Positions 34,153 to 46,973 of a stretch of DNA of 64,000 nt are shown one piece after another. The position numbers were made by a program, and so were the translations under genes. The notes below the pieces were generated by a model, which saw only the letters and a list, made by a program, of their open reading frames with translations, was not told the origin of the DNA and searched no databases. The stretch lies in contig RHPI01003009.1 of assembly GCA_009103225.1 (NCBI GenBank), positions 272,091 to 336,090 of the forward strand, read 5' to 3'. Position 1 is the first letter of the stretch; each line of letters opens with the position of its first letter. The DNA is from Chlorokybus atmophyticus. Lineage: Eukaryota; Plantae; Mesostigma and Chlorokybus algae.

Positions 34153-37100
34153 ATGTCCTCCTCCTCCGCTCCCGGCCACCGCCACCACCGCACCGCCAGC
34201 CGCCTCCACGACAAGGTGATGGGCGTCCGTTCCCGCGCGCGTGCCAAGACGGGGATAGGAGGAGGAGGCCATGGGGGACACGGGGGAGGAGGGTCCACCG
34301 CCAGCAAGGTCGATGAGGCGATGGCGCAGGAGCTGATGGCGCTCGAGTCGCTGCAGCACAGCCTGCAGGAGAAGGAGTACGACGCGGAGGGCTTTGTCAA
34401 GAGACACTTCACGCTGTTCGGAGAAAAGGTAGGAGGACAGGAGGGAGGGGGTTGTTAGTAGTGCGAGCGTACATACCGCACACCGGTAGCACATGTATGC
34501 TCATGCATGTGTGTACACGTGCATGCGCTATTTGAACATTACATATGTATCTTAGTATATATGCACAGCTATCTATCTATGCGGATATGTATCGTATCTA
34601 TGCTATCGTGATGCAGTCCTTGGCGAATTGATCATAGCACGTCGCACACTCAACTCCCCGTGTCAGAATAATGTTCAACCTGCAAAGGTCATGCTGACAG
34701 ACACTCGTCATCACACAGCTGCCACACCACCAAACACTAACAACCAACCCCGTGTGCGTGCGCATACCAGAATGTAGCCATCATTGTCACACTCACACGT
34801 CCATACAACCAGAGAGCCTGTCTGTTTGACACGAGCACACAGCAGCAACACTCCGCGCAGCGTGTGTGCAGATGAGTGCTGTCAAGCTCGACTTATGGTT
34901 GTCTGCTATGTTTTTCAATCCAGTAACATAGCAGTAGTCCTACTATGTGTGTGCAACTGCAGCGCTGACTAGCTCGGTCTTGGGATGGACATTGTAGTGC
35001 GCCAGTGTGCCACTCACGTGGTCAATTTGATGATGCAGAAAGTGCGTATGCTGTGCGAGGAGCTGCAGAGCATGAAGCAGAAGGTGGCTGCAGACATGCG
35101 CACGACCGTCTACACCAACTACAGCCACTACATACGGTACTCCTCACTCGCAGCATGCATGTTGCACGCACACTGTGCACGTGTCAACACATTCACCCTG
35201 CGCAGTACGTCCAAGGAGATGTCTGATCTCGAGGCTGAGGTTCTTTCCCTCCGCGGCCTCCTCTCCTCCGCCGCGGCCGTGGTCAACAGCCTTCAGGACG
35301 TCCCCGCCCTCGCTCCCACGGGAGTAGACTCGTCCACCTCCGCCAAGCCACAGCCACGCGCAACGGGCGAGGACAACGACGACGACGACGACATGGACGA
35401 GGAGATGACGGAGGGCCTGGACGCCATCGACGTGCTTCTCGCCGAGCGCCGCGTGGACGCCGTGATCGACGCGCTGGAGGAGGGCGCCGAGATGGTGCGC
35501 GAGATGGGGTCGGGTGCGGCCGAGTGGGAGCGCGCGTTGGCCGAGAGACGTCACCGCTTGGCGGAGATGCTCGTGTCGGCCGCGCACGAGCCCTCCGCTG
35601 GCGCCAACGAGCTTCGTGGCGCCGTGGCCGCCTTCGCTCGCCTCGGCGACCGCGCTCGCGCCCACGCCCTCCTGCTCGCGTGCCACTCGGAGCGTCTCCA
35701 GCGCGCCACGCGTAGCTTACGGCCCACGGCGGCGGCGGGGTCGGGGGCGGGGTCGAGCGGAAGCGCGTATGTCTCGGAGATGAGTCAGATGGTGTTTGCG
35801 ACGGTGGCGGCGGCGGCGAGAGACGCCACCGTCGTGTTTGGGACGGAGCCGGGAAGGTCGTCGGCGCTGTTGTTGTGGGCCATCGCGGAGACGGAGAGAC
35901 GCGCCGCGCTGCTCAAGAGAAACGTCCTCGCGTTCACGTCCAGCGGCGCCGCGGGGTTCCACACCGCCGTCGAGTGCTTCCAGGTACGCACACGTGATGT
36001 GCTGCCGCTCTCTGCCAAAGCCCTTTCCCTCACGTTGTGTTGTTGCGTGTCAGATAGCGTCGGCGCATTGCGCGGGTTTGGCGTTGCAGCAGCAGGGGCT
36101 GGCGCTGCTGCCCGTACTGGAGAGGGCGCTGCAGCCGAGCCTCGCCGAGGCCCTCTCCCTCGAATTCGCGCGCCTGGAGGAGGCCATCACCGCTGCCGGT
36201 GCGCCGCGTGTTTTCATGTCACTCAAGCGCGCGCACGCAACCAGCTCACTAATGGCAAACTCTGCGCGCAGCCATCTACGACGACTGGCAGGCGCACCCT
36301 TGCCCTGAGCTGGAGGCGCTGGCGGGGCAAGAGCAGGCCGTCGGTCTGCTGCAGCCGGTGGAGGGCGGACTCGCATCGGACAAGCGGGCCTCCACCAAAG
36401 TCAGCCTCACAAGCAGCGGACTGATCGTCTTCCAGCACGTACAGGTACCTGTGACTATGCGCATGCATGTAGGACACAGGAACACCCGAGCGTAGTGTAC
36501 ATGAACGCTAAGCTCAGGGTCTGCGGTGAGTAGGACTTCATTGTGGACGCGGGGCCGGTTGCAGGGATGCTGCTCCCCGCCATTGCGACGGGGCTGACCG
36601 ACCTGTACGAGAAGTACCTGCGCATGCTGGGGCAGGCACTCGCCGTGGGAACGCCCGCCACAGACACGCCACCATCGTCATCCGACGGCAGCACCAGCGA
36701 TGCAACTCTCCCCGAAAGCAGCAGCAAGAGTCAAACGGTGTGTGCACGAGGGAGAGAAAGGTTGTCGTGGTTGGTGGCGCGTATCCTCATTTGTGTTCCC
36801 TGCTGAGAGCAGGTGCGGCTTGCGAGCACGGCGGCACAGCAGCTCGCGGTGATGGTGAACGCGACGGCCATCGGTGAGGGCCTGCTGGTGCACTCCATGA
36901 AGCAGCTCGTCGACATGGCCGTGTCGCTCGCGGCCGCAGCGGGACTGCGACCCGCCGCCACAGACCAGGCAAGTGCAGGGGCAACAACGTGTTGTCATCA
37001 AAGTCATGGTTTGATCTCACCCAGAGCGCGTTGTGGTGGTGGCAGACGTGGCCCGAGCAGGACGTGGTGAGGCTTCGCGTGCTGCGGGCCTCGCTGAAGC

Positions 37101-37699
37101 TCAAGGACCTGTACTGCAGCAAGCGCGTGGGTGAGCTCGTTCAGGCCGAGGGCTCCAGCCTCCGCCTCCCCGCCGACGGCTACCTCTCCCTCGACCGTCG
37201 CATGGCGGGTCGCCTCGCCGACGTGCGCTCGCGCATGCCGCCCTCCCCGCCCGTGCAAGCGCTGCTGCGTGTGATGCAAACCTTCCAGGCCGAGGCGGCC
37301 GCGAGCTTCCCGTGGGGCGGGCGCGGCGCCGTGGCACTGCAGACACGCCTCCTCGAGGCTGTGGTAGTTGTGCTCGCGGGTGATGCCGCCTTTTGGGTCA
37401 AGCTGCAGAGCGGGAAACTTGGGATAATCGGTCTCCAGCAGTTGTATGTGGACTTGCACTTTGTGCTGGAGATGGCCACAGCGGGGGGGTACCATTCCCG
37501 CGGACTGCGCAAGGTTGTGCTGGACAGCCTCCAGAAGGCTATCGAGCTATGCGCCGTGGGAGCCGACGCATTGCGAGACTTTCATAAAGACCTGCAGGAG
37601 GCATGGTTCAGACAGAACGCCGCACTATGCCTTCATGAGCTCTCACGCGCCAACTCACTACTACTATCCGGCACCAGCGCTGGCAGGACACCCGCTTGA
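34153..37699 (+). CDS. EXO84: Exocyst subunit EXO84, multi-exon
   Basis: EYDAEGFVKRHF, KVRMLCEELQSMKQKVAADMRTTVYTNYSHYIR|TSKEMSDLEAEVLSLRGLL, LGDRARAHALLL, and LGIIGLQQLYVDLHFV match plant EXO84 motifs as recalled. Introns are GT-AG plus one probable GC-AG. Confidence 0.88.
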
Positions 37700-40600
37700 C
37701 AATGAGCGAGGAAGCTGGCTGCATGCGCTGGTTTGAGTCATTCTCAGTTAATGCACCCGCAGGGAATGTATCATGCTATGCGCACAAGTCACGCCTGGCG
37801 CTCAAGGTGGTGCGGGCGGTCTAATCAACATCAATGCGCAGTGCGTGGGGCTGAGGGGCCGATTTGGTGAATGTGTTTTGTGGCTGCCAGCACATATGTG
37901 GCATACAATCTTTGTGCACCACGCATGCTCGCATCACAGCATACCACCTTTTGTACACACGTGTGCGTCCAGCCGACCTCAAGGACTCGCTGTAAACTTC
38001 ATTCAATTGTTCTTGGTTTTCAAATTGTGTAGCTTCCACAACAATGCAGAATTCCGTTTAACAGTTATTGCACAACATGCTCATCTTCCCAATCAACTGT
38101 TTCCCTTTGCATCTTTTAGCAGAGCGCCACTGTTTTCTTGTCAGCTATAAGCATGATGAACGCACACAAGTTTGCACCTGTATTGTTGTACCCCTGAACC
38201 ACCATTACTTATTCATAAAGCCGCGCAACACCCTTGTATGCAGCGAATACCATAAAGACGCGCTTCATGTTGTAATAGAAAGCCGAAGCAGCTATGACGA
38301 TGTTCAATCACACAAATATAACAAATGGGGAAGAATTCGCTTGTTTTAGTGTGTAGTCGAATGTATCACATCCAACTGTATAATCATGATTATATACTTG
38401 CACACATTGTTTTACAAGTCTTCCCGATCTTTGATGACCTTGGATGTGTGCAGTTAGAAAGTTGTGTGCTACTTGCAATTTGATACATAATGATCAGCAC
38501 CGCGCTTGCGCACGAGCGCAGTATTAAAGGCTTGCGCACATAATTGAGTACTGCAAAGCGTTTTACTCTGCAACGTAAACATGTTATTTTCGCATGGTAT
38601 CTAAGTTGCATTCATAAAAACATGTACGAGACATACGAGTTTCATTGTGCCTTTATTGCAAATTTAATACTGGATGGCACTCATGATGTGCACGTGTCAA
38701 TTAATAATGAAAAAGCTTATCCGATAATGTAGCACATATTAAAACTGCAATTTAATCAATGACCATGATAGTTGCAACGCGACATCATGTCACTAAGTAG
38801 TACTTCGTAGCATGTGTGCGGGTGTGTCTTGAATATGCAGGCATCAAGATATATAAGCACTCATATGCATTACAACAGATATTATCATCGGACTACATGC
38901 ATATCGTCAACCATTATTTTTATGTGCTTATGCGAATGCTATTGATTGTAAGTGCTGGCCCCTGAGTACTACCCCATGCTGTTAGCATGACGCAACCTAT
39001 TCGGATAAAAACAAAGACTCCCTGCCCTCTGCCTAAGCGAAGCGAGATTTGTACACATAAATGTACACAACATATGCAAATGATTATGCGTATTGATGTA
39101 AATTTGCAATATTATATTAATTAGGTTGTATTTACTGATTTATAACTACTATATTGTACTTTACTTTGCACTTGCAATGCTGCAATCTACTTGGTGTTTT
39201 TGGTCAAAACGCGTGCGCATATGAATTGTGCAAAAGAATTAGGTAAAAGAATTGCGGGATTGTTTGCAATAAACTTAATTGTGACATGTACAATTTCCAC
39301 AGGAGGAGTTATACAAGGTCTTACTTACCAGCATGCAACATGGTCGTGCCATACCAATGTCATGCTGAAGGGCATAACTTAAATTAAAATTTTCGTTTAA
39401 GTGTTAAGTTATAAGCATGGATGCGTGTATATATGTGTGCGTATTTTTGTAACATTGTGTCACGTATTTAACGGCTGAATTGCACTTTTTAAATAAGCAT
39501 GTTTGTATGTGTCATCTGCTGTTTGTGTCACATGTTTGCTTGATGTGTTAAGTGGTAATGCAAGCATTCTTGCGTACGTAAACGTTGTCACGAATGTGTT
39601 ACAATTAATATCAGACGACCACAATTTGGGACTTGCCTGCTTCACTACTTACTTGCACACACGTATGCTTAGCCTGTCTAATGGAGCTGGCTAGCTGTGT
39701 GTTGCTTGTTGTGGTGTGATGATTGCCTTCATTGTTGTTGCCTTGCTGCTTATTTACACTATTGCTTGTGGCGCCTGTGCTATATACACCCTATGCATTG
39801 TCAGCAACGCTTACCATTTACAGGGAACTCCTTGTACACACTACCCATTGAGGTGAGTTCGGAGGCACACCAATTTTGCAAGATCTGGCGCATCGTTGAA
39901 CCGCCAGCGGATAATACTAATGTCAACACGACAGAGAGATCAACCTGACAACCGATAGTTTAGGTCATACGCTGCCAAGCGGGGCACAAGATGCCATTCA
40001 AGCCGGCGGAATTGTTCCGCCACCAGTGGCCACTTCCGTTGAACACAGAACCGGTACATGTACTACCGGTCTATTATTGACCTGTGTGTCATTAACACAC
40101 AGTTGTAAGACTTACACCTTGTAAGTCATGAAACGACGTGAAATAGGAAGCGGTTGTTCTCAACACCAAGATTCAACTGCCCTTCACCAAAAATCACAAT
40201 CACATTGGGTATGACTCATACCGTATGAGGGGTTGGCGCCGCCTTGCAGGTCTGCCTCACACAACCAGCTGTGTACCTTCCCATGCTTGCGAGTGAGTGT
40301 CCGCCCGTGGTGTTGTCCGTGTTATGCCCTGCAAGTCGGACAGTGTGGTAGGCTGCCACTCGTCGATGTTGACTCATCGTCCCTGGTTCAGGAAGGTTGT
40401 GCAATGCAGTAGGCAAGCTACGGTCTACAGCACAGCGTAGCCTTCGTCACGGCACCTGAGTCAGTCGTCAACTGTGCCGCGGGCGGTTTCACCGTGGCGT
40501 TTGAAGACAACCTGTGCCTGTCACGACTATCCAGCGGCGTTTTAACGTGAGATAAGCCACCATGAGAGATGCTCTTTTGGATGCTCGTTCCCTTCCGTTC

Positions 40601-41539
40601 ATTGGTCGAGGTTGACTGTTTGATGCCAGACACCCGTCCGTGTCGCCATAGCACGGCCGCCTGCAACGTTGTACCGGCCGCGCACCGCCCCCGCCGTTTG
40701 AAGCAAAGGAATCTTTCGTCAGGTCGTCAAAGATGCTTAGTTACCTACCAAGCCTGCCCTTCGCGGTTTCCACAGTTTCTGCGGTTTTCCGTGGCGAATA
40801 TGCCTGCATGTCGACGAAAACCCCTCAAAACCATCCGTTCAAGGGGAGGCCTCGAAGGTTTTAACCTGTGCCCGCCGACGGTTCACAGAGAGGAGTATCG
40901 TGCAGTAGAAAAGGCATCCCCTCCTCGGCGGCCGTGAGCTTTGCGGCCGCGGTGTTGCGGGGGCCGTCGTTGGGCGGGGGAGGACGAGAGCAGGAGGGCG
41001 CGGAGCGCATCGAGGGCAGGTTCGGAGAAGATTTGGCGGCGCTGCGCAGCGGAGTCCAAGCCAGAGCGAGCAGAGGAGCAAGCAGCTGAGGCGAGCGAGG
41101 TGAGAAACATCTAGCCAGTTGAGGGGGGTGGGGGGGTGGGGTGTGTGTGTGTGTGCGCGTGTGGGAAGTGTGCTCGTGAAGGGCAATTCTCTCGACGCGT
41201 CGTTGTCGTTGTTTGCTAGGACGGGCGTGCCATGCTTGCGAGTGCGAGTGTGTCCTCTTGCTTGTCGCGTCGCTGTCAGCCCAGCAGCGCTTCTCGTGCA
41301 AACGTCCAGAGAGCTGTTGGTTGTTCCAATAGCTGGCAAGTTGTTTCAGCGAGTAGTAGTAGCACGAGTGTTTCTTCTGTTGTTGAGCTCGCTAGCGGTT
41401 GCTTCGGTCTGCTGTGCTTTGGGAGTCACACTGCCGCGGTCAGTTCGCTCACAGCGTGGTTGTCTTCGTGCAGCCTGCGTAGGCGCACAGGGTTGACGTT
41501 GGCGAGGCCACACGTGGCGTAGACCAACGGTCTGTTGCG

Positions 41540-42528
41540 ATGCCTACTTGGAAGACGCGAGCAGGGGAGTTCCAAGTGTCCGCCCATACGCCTTTCGGGG
41601 AAGATCTCGTTGAGATCCCTCAAGGGTACGTGCACTCCCACTCCATGCCAATGTCTCACTTGCACACGCACACACGTCGTTGTTGCTGATCAGCCACTTG
41701 TCAATCCGCAGGCAGGATGAAGTTATGCTGCTGGGCGAGCCCGGGGTGGCTTTTGTGTTGAAGGTGCAGACGCCGTGGTCGTGTAAGACCAGGCGGCTGC
41801 TCATCACCACACAGATGGCAGGCCAGGACGCCGGCTACACCGCCCGCGTGCAGCGCGGCCTCTCCGCAATCCTGCCCGGCATGCAGCTGCGCGACCACTA
41901 CTCCTCCTTCCTCGTGCCCTTCACCTTCGAGCAGAGCGCCGCATGCAACAACAGCAAGCACGATGACGTGGTGGACCTCGACCACCTCGGCGTGGAGGTC
42001 ACCGACATCCACAAGAGCAGCAAGAGCCACTTGCGCAACCTCTCTAGCGGGAGCGACACCGACACCGACAGCGAGATCGACGCCGAGGACGCCGCTCAAC
42101 CCCACACGTACAGGCACCCTTCCACCAGCGGCGTGACCAAGTGCGCCCCGTGGCCGATATCCACCTGCTCCTCCTCTTCCTCCACCTCGTCCATGGCCTC
42201 CTCCGACTGCGTGGTGGTGCGCATATGCGAGGAGGCCGTCGTGCTTTGCGAGGGCAAGTGTTGCTTCTATTGCGAGGCGCCCGCCCCGCTCGATGGAGAC
42301 GCGTCCTCGGGCTCTCATTACACGCTCGGCAATGAGGTGGCGAGCTGCCGACTGCGGATGGTCAGCGTGGATGCCATGCCGGACAACGCCTTGTTGTCGG
42401 TCATGACCAGCAAGTACGAGCGGGACGCCTCACGCACTCCTCACGACTCTAACAACAACAGCAAGAGGTCGTTCTGGTCCAAGTGCAAGAACCGCCTTCG
42501 GCCCACGCGCGTCTCTGTGGTCGTGTAG
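41540..42528 (+). CDS. Hypothetical protein (Ser/Asp-rich centre, Cys cluster), probably 3 exons
   Basis: Long ORF with strong GC3 bias (41816-42528). Upstream exons are MPTWKTRAGEFQVSAHTPFGEDLVEIPQG and QDEVMLLGEPGVAFVLK, with GT-AG borders. It is preceded by a GC-rich region with (GT)n. No family recognised. Confidence 0.65.
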
Positions 42529-45500
42529 TTGGGCTTCCGCGCCTGCTCACCACACCCTCTTTTTGCTTTTCGCCTTTGTAGCATACGTATTGTTCCTCAG
42601 CCCCGTGTACAGTCTTCTTGGTTTGTTTTTGGCTTGAGCTTGAGAGGTAGCGCGGCCGCCTGCCTCAGCAGTTGACATTGGTTGGGTTGTGCCTCCAACA
42701 TGTAAGCGTATTCTATTCAACCGCGTATGGAAGTGTTTGCTAGTACTTGTGTGCATATTTGTGCGGTTCATGTAGGCAGGGTCGCTGCACGCTGACGTTG
42801 TGCCGCATGCCAACCGGTCTGTGCCAAATGCATGTGCCCAACACGGATGTGATTGCCTGGTCAATGCTGTGGCAGTTGCACATCTGTCTGTTGCCGCTTG
42901 CGACCTTGTCACAGCCACAGTCACTTGTCCACAGAGGCTCTGGCTTACCAATGTGAGAAAGGGGTGCAGTCGGGTGTAGTCTACAGCTGATGCAAAACAC
43001 TAGCTATGTGCGGAGCAGTGGAATGAGGAACCGCGAGTTCGACTCAAGCGTGCAACTCTGTGGCTTGGGTTTGCTTGTGCAGGCCAACGCCAGTGCGTCC
43101 TACAATGCATGTGTTGCATGTAGTAGCTTCGTATCGACTGACTGCTGCAATTACTGTGTCGCTCCAGCCTCGTCCGCTCCATCCGGTGTGTATGGGAATG
43201 TTATGGTTGCTGTCACATAGGTGCTGCCAATGCGTGCACACGTGTGCGCATGCCGCACACATGCAACACAGCACCACGCACACGTGTATAGGTACACATC
43301 GGGATCATACCATGCACACACCACACAGACAACTCATGGCAGCGCGGGCATGCATGCATGCATGCACCACGGTGTGGTATGTCGGTTACGAGCATGCACT
43401 GCCCGCGCATGCTCCTTATCGACACACAGTTCATGCCAGCAGCTTGATTCTCATGTCAACTACCGACTGCAGCAAGGGGCCAGCCTTCTGTGACGGTGGT
43501 CCTGCATGTTGCTCCACCCTTCTCTGCTGCCACTGAGGCACAACGCTGGTACACAGGTATGCTGGACGACTGGCTGCATGGTTGGGTTTGCATTGTCACA
43601 GCGTATGCTCTTCGTGATGAAGGAAAACCTGGTAGGGGAGGCAAGCATGAGCAGCAGACTTCGCACTTTCTTTGCTGCATTGCAGGCGCGGTGATCTCAT
43701 GCTCTGGCCTTGCTGCCGGCCTGCTAGTTCCTGCACGCTCATGCTATGATGGAGAGACACTCTCTTTGCCTTCTCAGCTGAGAACTACTTGTCGTTTTCC
43801 CTCCATCGGTTACTCATGTGTTGCGAGCTGGCGTGCACACTTCTGTTGTTTCCTAAACCACGATGTGGTGATGTGATGTATACTCTATACATGAGTAGAC
43901 ACTGCATGTGACCAGCTGCTACCGGAAGGGGCTTCTCCCTGGGCCTGTTGGCTTCCAGCATATCCACCGCCTGCCAGCACCGGCTCGCTTTTCCATTGCC
44001 CGGGGAAGCGTATCTCTTCTGGCTTGCTCGTTCCAACACATCCACGCGTACCTGCACTTGCATGCGATCAGGCAGGCAGGACATGGCATCGCAGTTGAGA
44101 GACACACACGTAGCGGCTGTGCTGACCTCTTCAGCTGTGGCAACATGTTGGCATGATGCTCATCCTCCTCCCCCTTCCCACCCCCCCCGCACAGTCAGCG
44201 CAGGTGCTCATGATCACCTACCTGAACTACCTCATCATCCCCTCGAGAGTCTCGCCCACCACCGCTGCGCGCTCTCTCCTCTTCTGGCTTGATACGCTTT
44301 GCGTGCTAGTGCCTCAGGCCAGTGGAGGGCCCTTGAGACACACTTCCTTGCGCCTCGCTTGCTCTTGCTCTTGCCTTCTGCTGCCTTTGCCAACTGCCTA
44401 CCCCAATGAAAATCAGGCAGACACACACCGCGCTCTGCACAACTGTGCTCAGCAGCCCTACCTAGCACCCCTCTCGGGAGTCGTAGGGTGTCTGCTTTGT
44501 GGGTTGTTCACGCTTGGTTGCGTGCGGTGTCTTTGCTTCGCTTCACATATCACATATCTGATGTTAAATCTGTGCTGGCTCCGAACCCACCCGGCTTTGC
44601 ACAACTGCCGCTGTTGCAGTGCCATCGCTTGACAGAACTTCAGCAGAAGCATGCGTGTTCGGGGTGTGCTGTAACTGTTCATCATTGTGCTCTCTTGGCT
44701 ACCAGTCGCACCACTGCTTTTGCCTATGCCACGTGTGCTGGCTCGGTAGCTCTGTTCCGGCAGCAGGTTGGTTTCGCTTGCCGGCTGCGGCTGTGGCTGC
44801 TGCCTCCGCCTGCTCGTGTGTTGCCTGCGTGCTTCTCATGTTTTTCCAACTGGTTGTGAGATCATCGGGGCTTTTGCTCGTTTCATGTTACGTTTGCACC
44901 AAACCCTTGGTCACCCCTGGTCGTGTCGTGCATGCCAGTGCCTTGTTGCACACCTACCTAGACCAAAAACCAGTATGGTGTGACGGTAGTCGTAGCTAGA
45001 TCGGAGTCAGTCGCACCGCGCGCGCTGTGTCTTTCCAATCACTCACTCACTCGCCGTTGTTTGTGTGTTGGCCCAACACAAGGCAGCACGCGCAGGTAGA
45101 GGAGACATAGAGGACTACGCCAGGGGCCTCTAGCTCGATGCGGTACATGTGTGTGCTCTACGTACAGTACAAGGAGGCAAGGAGCAGTAGGGAGTAGCGG
45201 CTCTCAACTGACCGATCAATCAACTCCACAAAGATCACAGCGTACTTCCAACTGAGGGCGCCCTGTGTTGTCTCTGTCTCTGGCCTTGTATGCAATGCAA
45301 TGCCTGCCCGCAGCCGCCTGCGACTGGTGCACCACTGTTTGTGTGTGCGTAAGTGTCGTATCTGAGTGCCTACATGCCAGAGAGAATGTACGACAATGAG
45401 ACCACAGCAGGGTGCATGATCTCAACTTCACCCAACCCCCAACCCCAACCCCAAAGTTGCCAAAGTGCATGGTATGCATGCATCAACATGCGCATTCAAC

Positions 45501-46973
45501 AATGGCAGCACAACCTAGCCGGTGCACGTGGGCCCTCGACCTGGCGTGGTAGACTTCTGTGCCACGTTTTGCTGGTCATGCTGTGAGCATGCGAGTGTTG
45601 GGTGAGTCATACATACATACCGTTGCACGAACTGCTGTTTGTTGCATGGGATGCCAGTTGCGTGCTAGTGTTCCCCTCATGTCTGAGTATAGGGATAGAC
45701 CACGGCAAGATTGAGTATACACAACCGTACATGTATCTGTTTTATCCTATACTTGGTGTTATACACAGGCCTTGCAGTAGTACTACTAATGCAAGTCAAG
45801 CACAAAGACGCACGCGCACACAACCACAGCAGGTAAACACAGACAGCAGCAGCAACTTAGTACATGAGAGCCCACGGTACTTGATGCAAATCCAAGTACT
45901 TGCATGCACACGTGCAAACAGTGGTGCCAATGCATGAATGGGTGAGAGGTGACGTTGCTATACGTGCGACACACTATCTGTTGCATGTCTGTGTCTGCTT
46001 GCATTACTAGAGCATGTGTGTTTGCATGCTCAATGTCATTGCGATGTGTACCCTATGCGTATATGTTGATGAGTCAGTCACTCAATCGGTCAGCCAGCCA
46101 GAGTTATGCGCAGTGTCATTTGCAGACGGTGAAGCTTCTGACATGGAGGGTATGTTTGACACACCCTCCATCAGCGGGGATGCTGTCGCCCTGGGTGCCT
46201 GTGTATTCGGTGCTTAAGTTGCATGCTAGTCGCTGCGAGTGCTGCGACATGAAACCCCGGAAGGAAGATGCGGGGTATAAACACTGGTGGGCCACAATCT
46301 GAGGAGTTGAGGGCCCAGCGCTTCACTGCTGTCCTGCTTAACTCGCATACTGCCTTGACACTGATTTGTGCTGACCGTTACAGAGGGTAGTGCGGGACTG
46401 TGTGCATATGGCTGCTGCACACTGTGCTTGCCAAAGCACCTGCTTGGATTACTTAGCTCTGCTTGTTGCTCTAGAGAGTCTTAGCAAGTTCTCTGCAAAT
46501 GCATGTACACCATGTTGTGTGAGTAAACAACGTGTCACTGCTGCGTGACAGGTACACACTGCGTTCACATCCCTAAGGCGTAGATGCTAGCAAGTGGATG
46601 TTCCAGCAAGCGTCCGCGCAGGCTGCAGCGACGGCAGCTGATGTGGGTGACACTAGTTGTCCTTGTCTGTAGTGTGGGGTTTGTTGATGCAGCACGCACT
46701 TCGACGTGCCCCCGTGCATACTGTGGAGTCCAATAACAGCCAGCTCCATGTTTGCAGCTCTCTATTTGTGGACATTGCTGGCTTGCTACATGCATCATGC
46801 ACACAATACAACATGGCAGGCAGGCGCAATGAGGAAACAAGTGCAATCATTTACAGCAATGGTGTCATAGTTCTATGTCAACAGACGCAGGGGCTGCAAC
46901 AAAGGTAGCTTGTATCAATACAGTGTATATGCTTCAGTTTGCGCTGGAGCCAAAACTCCTTCTGACTAGTAAT

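Noticed and set aside
44545-44580. ATATCTGAT motif reminiscent of U2 snRNA
   Set aside because: The U2 5' stem, the branch-point recognition sequence GTGTAGTA and the Sm site are absent.
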